Shown: positions 16,132 to 28,084 of the stretch, piece after piece | How positions within the stretch are numbered: position 1 is the stretch's first letter | Layout of the letters: each line of letters opens with the position of its first letter | DNA from: an uncultured Bacilli bacterium | GTDB taxonomy: Bacteria; Bacillota_I; Bacilli_A; RF39; UBA660 | NCBI GenBank assembly: GCA_944359025.1 | Contig: CALVSM010000003.1 | Coordinates: forward strand, 1 to 35,961 | Reading direction: 5' to 3' | DNA: 35,961 bases | Notes under the pieces: generated by a model | The model's input: only the letters and a program-made list of their open reading frames with translations | What the model was told of the DNA's origin: nothing | Database searches by the model: none | Position numbers and translations under genes: made by a program

Positions 16132-18962
16132 AAAAATTTATAAATAAAAATAAAAAAACAATTGTTTTAGCTTTAATAAGTTTTATTCTTTTAATAGTTG
16201 GTTCTTTAACAATTAGTTTTATTCCAACTGTATTAATTTTGGTTATTTTAGGTCTTATTTATTATTTTGTTAGTAAACCTAAAAATAAAAGAAAAAAAAC
16301 AAGCGGTAAAGAAATCTTTAAAACTATTTTGATTTTCGGCTTTTGTTTTATGATTTTCTTTTTAATTGCTGGCGTTAGTTTTGGGGTCTATATTATATCT
16401 ACAGCTCCAAAATTTTCCGAAGAAAAACTATACAATAAGGATGCGACTATTCTTTATTTAGCTAATGGCGAGGAATTTGCTAAAATTGGTGATGAGATGC
16501 GGCAAAAAGTTACTTATGACGAATTATCGCAATCTTTAATCGATGCAATCATTGCCACAGAAGATTCAAGATTTTTCCAACACAGTGGTGTCGACTTACC
16601 AAGATTTATCAAAGCTTCAATTAGTCAATTATTAGGTCAAGGTGGCGGTGGCGCTTCAACCTTAACTATGCAAGTTTCTAAAAATGCTTTCACTTCAACG
16701 GAAGATACAGGAATAGAAGGTATTATCCGTAAATTTACCGATATTTATGTGTCAGTATTTGAAATTGAAACGCACTATACTAAAGAACAAATTATTGAAT
16801 TTTATGTCAATTCTAATAATTTAGGAGGAAATAATCGTGGCGTTGAACAAGCTAGTCAAGATTATTTTGGTAAAAGTGCTAGTGAATTAAATGTCGCTGA
16901 AGCAGCAATGATTGCAGGACTTTTCCAAGCTCCTAACGCTTATAATCCTTATCTTTATCCTGAAGCTTGTGAAGAAAGAAGACAAACCGTTTTAAGTTTA
17001 ATGTTAAGACATGGTTATATTACTGAAGAAGAATATAATATTGCTAAAGAATTAACTGTGGAAAAATTATTAGTTAATGATATAGAAAGTGAATCATCTG
17101 ATTTATATGATGATTTTATCAATACCGTTGTCGAAGAGGTTATCGAAAGAACGGGTAAAGACCCTTATTCAGTACCAATGAAAATATACACTACTATGGA
17201 TAAAGATATGCAAGAAGTTATGACAGGCGTTATGAATGGGACTTCTTATGAATGGGAAAATGATGAAATTCAAGCAGCTTCGATTATTATCGATGTTAAT
17301 AATGGGGAAATTAAAGCTGTCGGTGGTGGTCGTAATCGTGTAGCTAAAGGCGTTAATTATGCTACTGGTGTAGCAAGACAAATTGGTTCAACAGCTAAAC
17401 CTTTATATGATTATGGTCCTGGTATCGAATACAACAACTGGTCAACTTATACTCCATTTACCGATGAACCTTATACTTATTCTGATGGAACTAAATTAAA
17501 AAACTGGGATGGTAAATTTTATTACTTCCAAACTTTACACGATGCTTTAAAACATTCGCGAAATATTCCAGCTATTAAAGCTTTTCAAATTAATGATAAT
17601 TCTAAAATAAAAGAGTTTGTTACTAATTTAGGCTTATCACCTGATATTGCCGATAATGGTTTAATTTATGAAACACATGCTTTAGGTGGTTATGAAGGAG
17701 AAACACCAATGAGTCTAGCTGCTGCTTATGCTGCTTTCTCTAATGGGGGTTATTATATCGAACCTCATAGTTTTACTAAAATAGAATATACGGAAACTGG
17801 CGATACTTACGAAGTAAAACCGATAACAAGAAGAGCAATGAGTGAAGCAACAGCTTATATGATTACTAAAATATTAGAAGATACATCTAGTTATGCGATT
17901 GGTCGAAGTGTTAACGGTGTCAATTACGCTGGTAAATCAGGTACCAATAATTTAGATGCCGAAACTATTGATAAATTTGATTATCCTTCTAATGCTATTA
18001 AGGATAAATGGATTGCTAGTTTTAATGATTCATATGCTATTACTGTTTGGTATGGTTATGAAGAATTGAGTAAAGAACATTATATGACGGCTAACAACTA
18101 TAATATTAAAGATGTCTTCCAAATTATTGCTAAATCGGCTTATACTAAAAATTCTACTTGGGAGCAACCTGATAGTGTCGTTAAAGTTACGGTGGAAAAT
18201 GAATTACCTACTGCTTTATTAGCTAGTGAATTTACTCCTAAATCACAACAAGTGACGGCTTATTTTAAAAAAGGTTTTGAGCCAACTGAAACATCAACTA
18301 GATATAGCCAATTAGAAAATGTTACTAATTTAAATTATGATTCTAATACTAGTACATTAACTTGGGATGCAATAAAAACACCTGATTTCATCGATAATGA
18401 TTATATTAACGAATTATTTACTAAACTATATACTGATGAAAAGACAAGACAAGATGAAATAGCTGATCGTTTAAGTTATAATCGTAAAAATATCGGTACT
18501 GTCGTTTATAATGTTTATACTAAAGATGAAGCCGGTAATTTAAATCTAATTACTACTACTAGTAACACGCAATTTACTTATCCAGTAACAGGACCTACTA
18601 CTTTTGTTGTTAAATCTACTTATACAATATTTAAAGATAATATGAGTAGCGGTGCGGAATTTACTGTAAATGGTAGTTCGGCAGTTATCAGTTCAGAAAT
18701 TAATGGTGATTATACTGTTATCTTAAATGTCGGTGATGAATATGTTGAGCCAACAAAGCCAGTTATCGTTTTACAAGATGGTATCAACGATGTTACTAGT
18801 TTAGCTACTATTACTTTTACTGTAATGCGTAACTCCGATGGTCAAGTATATAATAGTACATCTTACATTAATACTAGTGTACCTGAAACTTATACAATAA
18901 CTTATCATGTCAAATATGGTAATTATACAAATACTTTAACTAAAATGGTTCAAATACAATAA
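16128..18962 (+). CDS. ponA: Class A penicillin-binding protein (PBP1A) with C-terminal beta-rich/Ig-like domains
   Basis: Transglycosylase EDSRFFQHSG and GASTLTMQ; transpeptidase STAK, SRN, KSG; C-terminal LNVGDEYVEP...TYTITYHV (Ig-like). Confidence 0.95.
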   Translation: MKKFINKNKKTIVLALISFILLIVGSLTISFIPTVLILVILGLIYYFVSKPKNKRKKTSGKEIFKTILIFGFCFMIFFLIAGVSFGVYIISTAPKFSEEKLYNKDATILYLANGEEFAKIGDEMRQKVTYDELSQSLIDAIIATEDSRFFQHSGVDLPRFIKASISQLLGQGGGGASTLTMQVSKNAFTSTEDTGIEGIIRKFTDIYVSVFEIETHYTKEQIIEFYVNSNNLGGNNRGVEQASQDYFGKSASELNVAEAAMIAGLFQAPNAYNPYLYPEACEERRQTVLSLMLRHGYITEEEYNIAKELTVEKLLVNDIESESSDLYDDFINTVVEEVIERTGKDPYSVPMKIYTTMDKDMQEVMTGVMNGTSYEWENDEIQAASIIIDVNNGEIKAVGGGRNRVAKGVNYATGVARQIGSTAKPLYDYGPGIEYNNWSTYTPFTDEPYTYSDGTKLKNWDGKFYYFQTLHDALKHSRNIPAIKAFQINDNSKIKEFVTNLGLSPDIADNGLIYETHALGGYEGETPMSLAAAYAAFSNGGYYIEPHSFTKIEYTETGDTYEVKPITRRAMSEATAYMITKILEDTSSYAIGRSVNGVNYAGKSGTNNLDAETIDKFDYPSNAIKDKWIASFNDSYAITVWYGYEELSKEHYMTANNYNIKDVFQIIAKSAYTKNSTWEQPDSVVKVTVENELPTALLASEFTPKSQQVTAYFKKGFEPTETSTRYSQLENVTNLNYDSNTSTLTWDAIKTPDFIDNDYINELFTKLYTDEKTRQDEIADRLSYNRKNIGTVVYNVYTKDEAGNLNLITTTSNTQFTYPVTGPTTFVVKSTYTIFKDNMSSGAEFTVNGSSAVISSEINGDYTVILNVGDEYVEPTKPVIVLQDGINDVTSLATITFTVMRNSDGQVYNSTSYINTSVPETYTITYHVKYGNYTNTLTKMVQIQ

Positions 18963-18987
18963 AGCTCTACTAAAAAGTAGAGTTTTT
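18961..18987. terminator. Bidirectional terminator between ponA and nth
   Basis: AAAGCTCTACT-aaaa-AGTAGAGTTTT hairpin between convergent genes. Confidence 0.75.
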
Positions 18988-19587
18988 ATATTTACAAATA
19001 TCCTTTAATTTACAACTATTGCAACTAGGGTTACTAGCTTTACAATAATATCGACCAAATAATACTAACTGATGATGTAACCGACATAAATCATAATCTT
19101 TAAATTTTTTAGTTAATTTTTTTTCTGTTATTAAAACATCATCATTTTTATTAGCTATTCCTAATCTAATACTAACGCGATGAACATGGGTATCAACAGC
19201 AATACATTGTTTATTATAAATATTACTTAATACAACATTGGCCGTCTTTCTTCCCACTCCTGGTAAACTTTCTAAAAATTCGCGATCGTTAGGCACAATA
19301 TCGCCAACATTTTCTAATTTTTTAGCTATTTCAATAACATTATTAGCTTTTTTATTAAATGTTCCTATTGGTCTAATAATATTGATAATATCTTCTATTT
19401 TAGCTTGTCTTAATTTAGCTAATGAATCATATTTTTTAAATAAAATACTTGTTACTTCATTAACTCTTTTATCGGTTGTTTGCGCGCTTAACATCGTTGC
19501 TAATAATAATTCATAGTCTTTATTATAATTTAATTCACATTTAGGATTAGGTATCAGTTCATCTAAATAATCAACTATCTTGTTCAT
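18970..19587 (-). CDS. nth: Endonuclease III
   Basis: LSAQTTD, HhH LPGVGRKTANV, VDTHV, C-x6-C-x2-C-x5-C cluster. Confidence 0.97.
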   Translation of the reverse strand: MNKIVDYLDELIPNPKCELNYNKDYELLLATMLSAQTTDKRVNEVTSILFKKYDSLAKLRQAKIEDIINIIRPIGTFNKKANNVIEIAKKLENVGDIVPNDREFLESLPGVGRKTANVVLSNIYNKQCIAVDTHVHRVSIRLGIANKNDDVLITEKKLTKKFKDYDLCRLHHQLVLFGRYYCKASNPSCNSCKLKDICKYKNSTF

Positions 19588-20203
19588 TTAACCAATCATA
19601 ATCAAATAATTTTTTAGTTTGTTTTTTACTTTGAAAGTTTTTACGATCATTGATGATATCTTGTTCATTTTTAATACCTTTCCTATTCCATTCAATCAAT
19701 ATTTTGTCGATATATCTTATGTTATTAACGCCATTAAAAACAGCTTCTTTTAAGGCTAATAAAATTAATTCATCATTATATTCATCTTGCCAACGACTAA
19801 TATGTTCATATTCCATTGGTGACAAGGTTCTAGCAAATTCTTTTTCAAATATATCAAAAATATTTTTTTTATCTTCTTTTATTTCGCCATTGATAACAAC
19901 AAAACCTAATTTTTTATATAGACCTTCTAAATTAATAATTTCTTCTCTAACTTTTTTATTAACAATATCGATTTTTAATATATCTTTTTCTGTTAAAGAA
20001 GATATTATATCCATCACTTCATTCAAATTAAAATTTAAATCTTTAGCAATCAATTTAGGATTAAAGCTATTATCAGTATTGATTAAGTAAATTAGAATAA
20101 TTAATTCATTATCACTTATATTCAATTTACGATAGTTTTTCAACAATATATTGGGAATATAAAATGGGTTATTTTGAATTAACTCTATTACTTTACCTAA
20201 CAA
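19571..20203 (-). CDS. dnaD: Replication initiation protein DnaD
   Basis: LLKNYRKLNIS, FEKEFARTLSPMEYE, LALKEAV...YIDKILIEW. TTG start after RBS GGGGGTG. dnaD-nth synteny. Confidence 0.9.
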   Translation of the reverse strand: MLGKVIELIQNNPFYIPNILLKNYRKLNISDNELIILIYLINTDNSFNPKLIAKDLNFNLNEVMDIISSLTEKDILKIDIVNKKVREEIINLEGLYKKLGFVVINGEIKEDKKNIFDIFEKEFARTLSPMEYEHISRWQDEYNDELILLALKEAVFNGVNNIRYIDKILIEWNRKGIKNEQDIINDRKNFQSKKQTKKLFDYDWLNEQDS

Positions 20204-20204
20204 A

Positions 20205-21146
20205 TTAATCACCCCCGAAATCTTGACATAATTTATCTAGTTCTTCTAACATTTTATCAACATCACTAAAGGTTTTAGGGCGAGCGCCACTTGCATATAT
20301 ATGCCCACCACCGTTATAATGACTAGCTATTTCATTAATAATTGGTCCTTTAGAACGAATCGAACATTTTATATAATCTTTATCTTCACTACAAAAAGCC
20401 ACCACTTTAATTTTATCGACGTTGTTGTAATTCTCAATCAAATTGCCCGCAGTTGAGGAATCAACTTCGTATTTTTTTAATATATCATCAGTTAATTTTA
20501 TATAAGCTAACCCGTTATTTGTTATATGCATATTTAACGAAATAAAACCGGAAAAAATAACTTCTTTTAACGATTTTGTATATAAATTATCATAAAGGCT
20601 AGTAAATTTTAAGTTAGTTTTTTTAATTAACCAAGCGACTAATTCTAATGTTTTATAAGTTGTATATTCGTATAAAAAGCGATTAGTATCGGCTACAACC
20701 CCTAAATATAGTTTACTAGCGATATCTTCGTTTAATTTATAATGATTTTTTTTAGCTAATTCAATTACTAATTGACTAGCACTACTAGCTTTATCATCGA
20801 TTAATTCAATATCGGCAAACTTTTCCACAAAGGGATGATGGTCTATTTTAATAACTTTGGCAAATTTACTATAGTCAACGCCATCAATTCTTTTTATATC
20901 TGGTGTATCAGTCACAATTAATAAAGCTTTATCATATTCGATTTCTGGCAATTTATCGACATTACCTAAATATTTAAATCGCGAAGCTGGAGCACCAACT
21001 GCATAAACTTGTTTTTTAGGAAAATTATATAAAATTAATTCTTTTAAGCCAATTGAACTGCCTAAAGCATCAGGATCAGGTCCAATATGTCTAGCAATGA
21101 CAATTATTGAATGTTTTTTTATTTCTTTCGCAATTTTTTTATACAT
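20205..21146 (-). CDS. nrnA: DHH/DHHA1 phosphoesterase (NrnA-like oligoribonuclease/pAp phosphatase)
   Basis: HIGPDPDALGS, IDHH, DTNRF, SIRS...GGGH...ASG. Confidence 0.88.
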   Translation of the reverse strand: MYKKIAKEIKKHSIIVIARHIGPDPDALGSSIGLKELILYNFPKKQVYAVGAPASRFKYLGNVDKLPEIEYDKALLIVTDTPDIKRIDGVDYSKFAKVIKIDHHPFVEKFADIELIDDKASSASQLVIELAKKNHYKLNEDIASKLYLGVVADTNRFLYEYTTYKTLELVAWLIKKTNLKFTSLYDNLYTKSLKEVIFSGFISLNMHITNNGLAYIKLTDDILKKYEVDSSTAGNLIENYNNVDKIKVVAFCSEDKDYIKCSIRSKGPIINEIASHYNGGGHIYASGARPKTFSDVDKMLEELDKLCQDFGGD

Positions 21147-21205
21147 AACTTCACACTTTCTATCAAGTTTTATTATACTATATTTTGAACAAGAAAAAAA
21201 GGCTT

Positions 21206-22384
21206 TTAGCCTATTAAATTATAAGTATCACGAGCTATCATAACTTCTTCATCAGTTGGAATAATATAAACTGGTACACTAGAATCGCTAGTAGTGATTA
21301 ATTGTTCTTTACCACGTACATTATTTTTTTCTTCATCTATTTTTATTCCTAAAACAGCTAATTTTTCGATAATGCCTTTGCGAATATCGATAGAATTTTC
21401 ACCGATACCAGCAGTAAAAGCAATAGCATCGACACCATTTAATAACACATAGTATTTAGCGATATAGTCAACTACTCTTCTAATAAACATATGTTGCGCT
21501 AAAAGGCATCTTTCATTTCCTTGTTTAATACCATCTTCAATATCTCTTGAATCGCTACTAACACCACTAATTCCTAAAAAACCACTTTGTTTATTAATAG
21601 CATTATCGATATCTTGATAAGTCATATTCGTTTTTTTCATCATGTAAGGAATAATACTAGCATCAATATCGCCACAACGCGTTCCCATAATTACTCCAGC
21701 ATTAGGCGTAAATCCCATAGAAGTATCGACACATTTACCATCTTTAACAGCGGTAATACTGCCGCCATTACCTAAATGACAAACGATAACTCTACAATCT
21801 TTTTTGTTTAAAATTTCACTTAATCTATTAGCTACATAGTTATGACTTGTTCCATGAGCACCATATTTTCTTACTTGATAATCAGTATACCAATTATATG
21901 GCAAAGCATAAAGATAAGTTTCTTTATCCATTGTTTGATGGAAAGAGGTATCAAATACAGCTACGGCTTGAGCCGTAGGAATTATTTCTTTAAAAGCTTT
22001 TATTCCTGTAACTGCGGCTGGATTATGTAAAGGAGCTAAAGATGATAATTCGGAAATTATTTCTACAACTTCATCATCAATTAAAACTGATTTATCAAAT
22101 TTATCAGCTCCTTGAACCACACGATGACCAATTCCTTTTATTTCATCTAATGACTTAATTACATTATTATCTAATAATTCTTCCACTAAAATTCTAACAG
22201 CTTCTTTGTGGTTAGGTAACTCGGCTTTTTTAGTTATTTTTTCACCATTTATCTTAATAGTATATAAACTATCATTAATTCCAATTCTTTCAAAAACTCC
22301 TGATATTAAAACTTTTTCTTCTGGCATTTCATACATTTGAAATTTCAAAGATGAGCTTCCAGCATTTACAGATAATATTTTCAT
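21206..22384 (-). CDS. ackA: Acetate kinase
   Basis: NAGSSSLK, GHRVV, APLHNP, FDTSFH, HLGNG, TAGIGEN, PTDEE. Confidence 0.97.
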   Translation of the reverse strand: MKILSVNAGSSSLKFQMYEMPEEKVLISGVFERIGINDSLYTIKINGEKITKKAELPNHKEAVRILVEELLDNNVIKSLDEIKGIGHRVVQGADKFDKSVLIDDEVVEIISELSSLAPLHNPAAVTGIKAFKEIIPTAQAVAVFDTSFHQTMDKETYLYALPYNWYTDYQVRKYGAHGTSHNYVANRLSEILNKKDCRVIVCHLGNGGSITAVKDGKCVDTSMGFTPNAGVIMGTRCGDIDASIIPYMMKKTNMTYQDIDNAINKQSGFLGISGVSSDSRDIEDGIKQGNERCLLAQHMFIRRVVDYIAKYYVLLNGVDAIAFTAGIGENSIDIRKGIIEKLAVLGIKIDEEKNNVRGKEQLITTSDSSVPVYIIPTDEEVMIARDTYNLIG

Positions 22385-22393
22385 AAAACCTCC

Positions 22394-22927
22394 TTATATA
22401 TCATATTCAAAAATTTCACAATTCCTAATTGTTATTTCGCTTAAAATACCATTATCCGGTATTCCTTTAAAATAATAATACAATACCCTCATAATACCAC
22501 TATGAGTGACAATTATAACATTTTTACCAGCATATTTTTCTTTAATTTCTTCAACCAATTTAGCAACTCGATTATATAAATCTTGAACACTTTCAGCTCT
22601 TTTATATTGGATATTTTTATTATAATTCCAATATTCGTCAAAATTAATTGATTCTTTAGGTTTGCCAGTAAATTCACCATGGTCGCGACCTAATAAACTA
22701 TCCGAATAAATAATTGGTATTTTATTATTACTAATTATTTCTGAAGTTTGTCTACACCTATCTAATGGTGAACTAACGATTAAATCAATATTTTTATCTT
22801 TGAAGTATGCACTAACTTTTTTAGCTTGGTTAATTCCTTCAGCAGTTAAAGAACTATTAATTCGGCCTACTAAACAATTATTAGCATTTTCTAATGTTTC
22901 GCCATGTCTAACTACATATAATTTCAT
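22394..22927 (-). CDS. Histidine phosphatase family protein
   Basis: VRHGET, SSPLDRC..T, ES...RV, VTHSG. Confidence 0.9.
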   Translation of the reverse strand: MKLYVVRHGETLENANNCLVGRINSSLTAEGINQAKKVSAYFKDKNIDLIVSSPLDRCRQTSEIISNNKIPIIYSDSLLGRDHGEFTGKPKESINFDEYWNYNKNIQYKRAESVQDLYNRVAKLVEEIKEKYAGKNVIIVTHSGIMRVLYYYFKGIPDNGILSEITIRNCEIFEYDI

Positions 22928-22941
22928 CTTTTACCTTCACT

Positions 22942-24438
<1,497 letters not shown>

Positions 24439-26481
24439 TTACTCTTTAAAATCTACAACGCCACAAAATGGATTATCCACATCATAGCCATTTTGATTAC
24501 CTAAAAACATATCCATTAAGAAAGCTAATATAAATGGTACTAAAAATAATAATGCTGCTGATATAAGTCTAGTTGAAAAACGTTTAAAGGTATTTTTCAT
24601 TTCTTTATCGGCGTCACCACTAGCGACTGTTCTAATAAAATCTAAAGTACCTAAACCTAAAGCAAGTAATGGTCCAGCTATTTTAATAATATCTAAAAAC
24701 CATATTAATTTTTCGACAAATTCATTAGATAAAACATCACAATCGACTGTTAAATCGTCAATTATACCATTAGATACTAAACTTTCATAAAATTTATGAA
24801 ACTGAATACATTCTTCCATTCTACCAATATATGAAGAATTATTTAATTTAGTACTATTGTATCCACCATATATTTCATTGCAATAAGTAACAATTTCTTT
24901 TATCTTTTTTTCAGTAACATAAGTTATAGATTTTTGACATTCCTCATCATTACAAGAAAAACCTGTTTTTATATTCCAACCATTTTCACATTGATTATTT
25001 ATTAAATTAGTTATTTTAAAAGTTTCTTTGCTAGAACCATTATAATCATAAAAAGTAATATTTTCTGTTAAATTAAGTAAACTATTAGTTGTTAAAGCGT
25101 TTAATCGATCACCTAATTCACACATCATAAATTTATACATATACCCATTATATTTAGACATTCCTAGTTCAATAGTTGTACGATCCATTTCATTAAGTAC
25201 AGCATTTTGAACTAACCTAGTTGAACCGGAAAATTGAGTTGCCGATATTTTGCAATCAGTCGTATCGCCATCTAAACAGTCGGTATATAAATATGGCAAA
25301 TCATCACAAGATTCCATTAGTTTTCCACTTGGAATATCTATTTCTCCAGGCATTGGAATACCTTCTGGACTCGTATCGTTTATAAAAATTTGGTAAAATG
25401 ACGACTCCCCAAACGGTTTAGTTTCTCTAACTGAATAATACCAATTATCTAAATTCTCCGCCATTTCCGATTCAATTCCATAATTACAAATTTGACCTTG
25501 TTCATCTTCACCTTTATCAAAATCGATGAAACTAGCACTTTTAGTTAAACTATAAGCTTCTTGATATTCTGCATTGTTAACTTCTTCCATCAAAGCATCT
25601 AAATCAGAAACAGTTTTTGAATCTAAATAACGATCTAATTCACTAGTTGGAAAGCCTATAGCCACTTGTGAGTCCCAAACATGGGTTGGTGACCAAGCAG
25701 GAGTTAAAGATTCTGAACTATAACCTAACATTATCATTGTTGGACAAGAAAATGCTTTAGTTTCGCTATACCAAAATACTCGTGGGTTTAATAAATCATA
25801 TACTTCTAAAGATTGCATCATCCCCGCTAAAGAATACCAACCATTAGCATCAGCTGAAACATCTCCTTCATAAAAATATTTAATATTACCACTACTTTCG
25901 CCCATTAATGAATAACTATAACCATCGCCTTCTTTTTCTAAACGATAAATAATTGTATCGGGAGCAAGAGTTCCTTCAATATTTCCTTGATAAGTACAAA
26001 CTAACTCATTTAATATAGCATTATTTGAAGTATCTTGATAATTTTCTACAAGGCTAAGACGCGCTATTTTATCAGTTCCACTTATACTTTGATTACTACT
26101 ATTGCTAAAAAACCAGTTATCTAATCCCGCAGGAGCTTGCCAATAAAGATAATTAAAGCAGCCTTCTTCCTCAATTATTTCATGATTAAGTTTATCTCCA
26201 TCATAAGGACTATTACTGTCTTTTACTTTAATTGTCGCACCAAAATCATAAGAAGTCCACAAATCGTCGTTGCCATAATTCTTATTCAATTTATCAACTC
26301 TTACATCATCTAATGGTTGAATATAAACAGAATCTGAATCATAAATACGGACAAATACTTTAAATTTTGAACCATCATCATTTTTTCCTTCATACATACA
26401 TCCAAGATCTTGGGCTTCAACTTTGTCTATAAACCCCAGACACAAAATAAGTGTGAAAAAAGCAAATATCCATTTTTTCAT
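24439..26481 (-). CDS. Cys-rich secreted protein anchored by a C-terminal two-TM pilin-like hairpin
   Basis: Signal peptide ending VEA; 16 Cys in the mature part; C-terminal IIKIAGPLLALGLGTLDFIRTVASGD...KRFSTRLISAALLFLVPFIL; RBS GGAGG. The function label is inferred. Confidence 0.6.
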   Translation of the reverse strand: MKKWIFAFFTLILCLGFIDKVEAQDLGCMYEGKNDDGSKFKVFVRIYDSDSVYIQPLDDVRVDKLNKNYGNDDLWTSYDFGATIKVKDSNSPYDGDKLNHEIIEEEGCFNYLYWQAPAGLDNWFFSNSSNQSISGTDKIARLSLVENYQDTSNNAILNELVCTYQGNIEGTLAPDTIIYRLEKEGDGYSYSLMGESSGNIKYFYEGDVSADANGWYSLAGMMQSLEVYDLLNPRVFWYSETKAFSCPTMIMLGYSSESLTPAWSPTHVWDSQVAIGFPTSELDRYLDSKTVSDLDALMEEVNNAEYQEAYSLTKSASFIDFDKGEDEQGQICNYGIESEMAENLDNWYYSVRETKPFGESSFYQIFINDTSPEGIPMPGEIDIPSGKLMESCDDLPYLYTDCLDGDTTDCKISATQFSGSTRLVQNAVLNEMDRTTIELGMSKYNGYMYKFMMCELGDRLNALTTNSLLNLTENITFYDYNGSSKETFKITNLINNQCENGWNIKTGFSCNDEECQKSITYVTEKKIKEIVTYCNEIYGGYNSTKLNNSSYIGRMEECIQFHKFYESLVSNGIIDDLTVDCDVLSNEFVEKLIWFLDIIKIAGPLLALGLGTLDFIRTVASGDADKEMKNTFKRFSTRLISAALLFLVPFILAFLMDMFLGNQNGYDVDNPFCGVVDFKE

Positions 26482-26492
26482 ATAAAGCCTCC

Positions 26493-27056
26493 CTATACTT
26501 TTTCAATTCTTGTCCCTGTAAACTTATCGGCAATTCCCTGTCTGTTCTTACTATATAATACCATAAAAGCATTGATAATTACCACTAAAATTTGGAAAAA
26601 GCCCAATAAATTAATCAAAATGAAATAAATATTATCATTTGTTAAATATAAAATTATAAACATAAAAAACATATAACCTAAACCATTGATAATAACTGCT
26701 CTTCCAACATAGTCTTCAAGTTGGATATTTTTTTTAGTTGTTTTTATTTTCAATATTTTTTGTCCAATAGTTTGACCATTACTCATAAAAGGAATAATAA
26801 CAAAAAATATAACTATCAAAACTGTTCCAATGATATTTATCCCTAAATTATTTTTATCGATATTATGAGCAAGAATTATTGACTCATTAAAATAATCATC
26901 TATGTTTATTTTTTGCTCTAAATATTTTTCGTTTAAATTATTTAATTCTATCTCATATTGATTAATTGGTAAAGCTAATTTTATTAAACTTACTATAATA
27001 AAAATTAATGCCATATCAATTAGATAAGCTAACATTCTTTTAACTGCTATATTCAT
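26493..27056 (-). CDS. RDD family membrane protein
   Basis: KRMLAYLID, GQTIGQKILKIK, RQGIADKFTGT. Confidence 0.88.
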   Translation of the reverse strand: MNIAVKRMLAYLIDMALIFIIVSLIKLALPINQYEIELNNLNEKYLEQKINIDDYFNESIILAHNIDKNNLGINIIGTVLIVIFFVIIPFMSNGQTIGQKILKIKTTKKNIQLEDYVGRAVIINGLGYMFFMFIILYLTNDNIYFILINLLGFFQILVVIINAFMVLYSKNRQGIADKFTGTRIEKV

Positions 27057-28008
27057 TTCTTACCTCACTAACCAACTTTATAAATTCTTCCTTTTTATTA
27101 ACTTTCATAAATTTTTGTTTATATTCTTTAGATATATTTTTTAAATAGTAACAAATATGTGTTCTCATCTCTAAAATAGCTATTCTTTCTGGTTTAAATT
27201 CTAGTAAATAGTTTAAATGTTTTAAAACCATATCTAACCGTTCATCGATTGTTACCTCTTTTATTTCTTGATTATTTAAATAATTTATACAATCTCTTAT
27301 TAACCAAGGATTACCTAATAAACCTCTACCAATCATAACAGCATCACATTTAGTTTCTTCTAACATTCTTTTAGCATCATAGCAAGTTTTAATATCACCA
27401 TTACCGATAACTGGAATACTTACATTTTCTTTTACTTGTTTTATAATATTCCAATTAGCTTTACCAGAATAACCTTGAGCTCTTGTCCTTGGATGAACAG
27501 TTATTGCGCTAGCACCTGCTTTTTCAACTATTTTAGCTATCTCTAAAGCATTGATACTTTTTTCATCCCAACCGCTTCTAATTTTCACTGTAACTGGAAT
27601 ATCTACGCTTTCCACTACGGCTTTTACTATTTCATACACTTTATTAGGATCTTTAAGTAAGGCACTACCTGCTTGCGCACGGGTGGCTACTTTGGGAACA
27701 GGGCATCCCATATTGATATCGATGATATCAGGATGCATATTTTTTTCAATATATTTAGCAGCATAAACAAAAGATTCTTTATCACTGCCAAATATTTGTT
27801 GGCTAATTGGTCGTTCCTCATCTTTCATATATAACATATCAATGGTTTTTTGACTGCCATAAAAAATAGCTTTATCACTGACCATTTCAGCAACTACTAA
27901 ACCACAGCCCATTTCTTTAGCAATTCTTCGAAAAGCACTATCCGAAATACCAGCCATTGGCGCCAAAACAATTGGGTTTTCTATTTCTACATTGCCTATT
28001 TTCCACAT
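27040..28008 (-). CDS. dusB: tRNA-dihydrouridine synthase B
   Basis: LAPMAG, DINMGCPVPK, VTVKIR, HPRT, GNGDI, MIGRG..GNPW. Confidence 0.95.
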   Translation of the reverse strand: MWKIGNVEIENPIVLAPMAGISDSAFRRIAKEMGCGLVVAEMVSDKAIFYGSQKTIDMLYMKDEERPISQQIFGSDKESFVYAAKYIEKNMHPDIIDINMGCPVPKVATRAQAGSALLKDPNKVYEIVKAVVESVDIPVTVKIRSGWDEKSINALEIAKIVEKAGASAITVHPRTRAQGYSGKANWNIIKQVKENVSIPVIGNGDIKTCYDAKRMLEETKCDAVMIGRGLLGNPWLIRDCINYLNNQEIKEVTIDERLDMVLKHLNYLLEFKPERIAILEMRTHICYYLKNISKEYKQKFMKVNKKEEFIKLVSEVRNEYSS

Positions 28009-28056
28009 CTAAAACCACCATCATTATTATATCATTTTTTTATAATTAACAAAAGT

Positions 28057-28084
28057 AAAAAATCAAAGTTAAAAGCACTTTGAT
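28057..28084 (-). terminator. Intrinsic terminator after the phosphodiester glycosidase gene
   Basis: ATCAAAGT-N7-ACTTTGAT hairpin followed by a T tract on the - strand. Confidence 0.65.
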
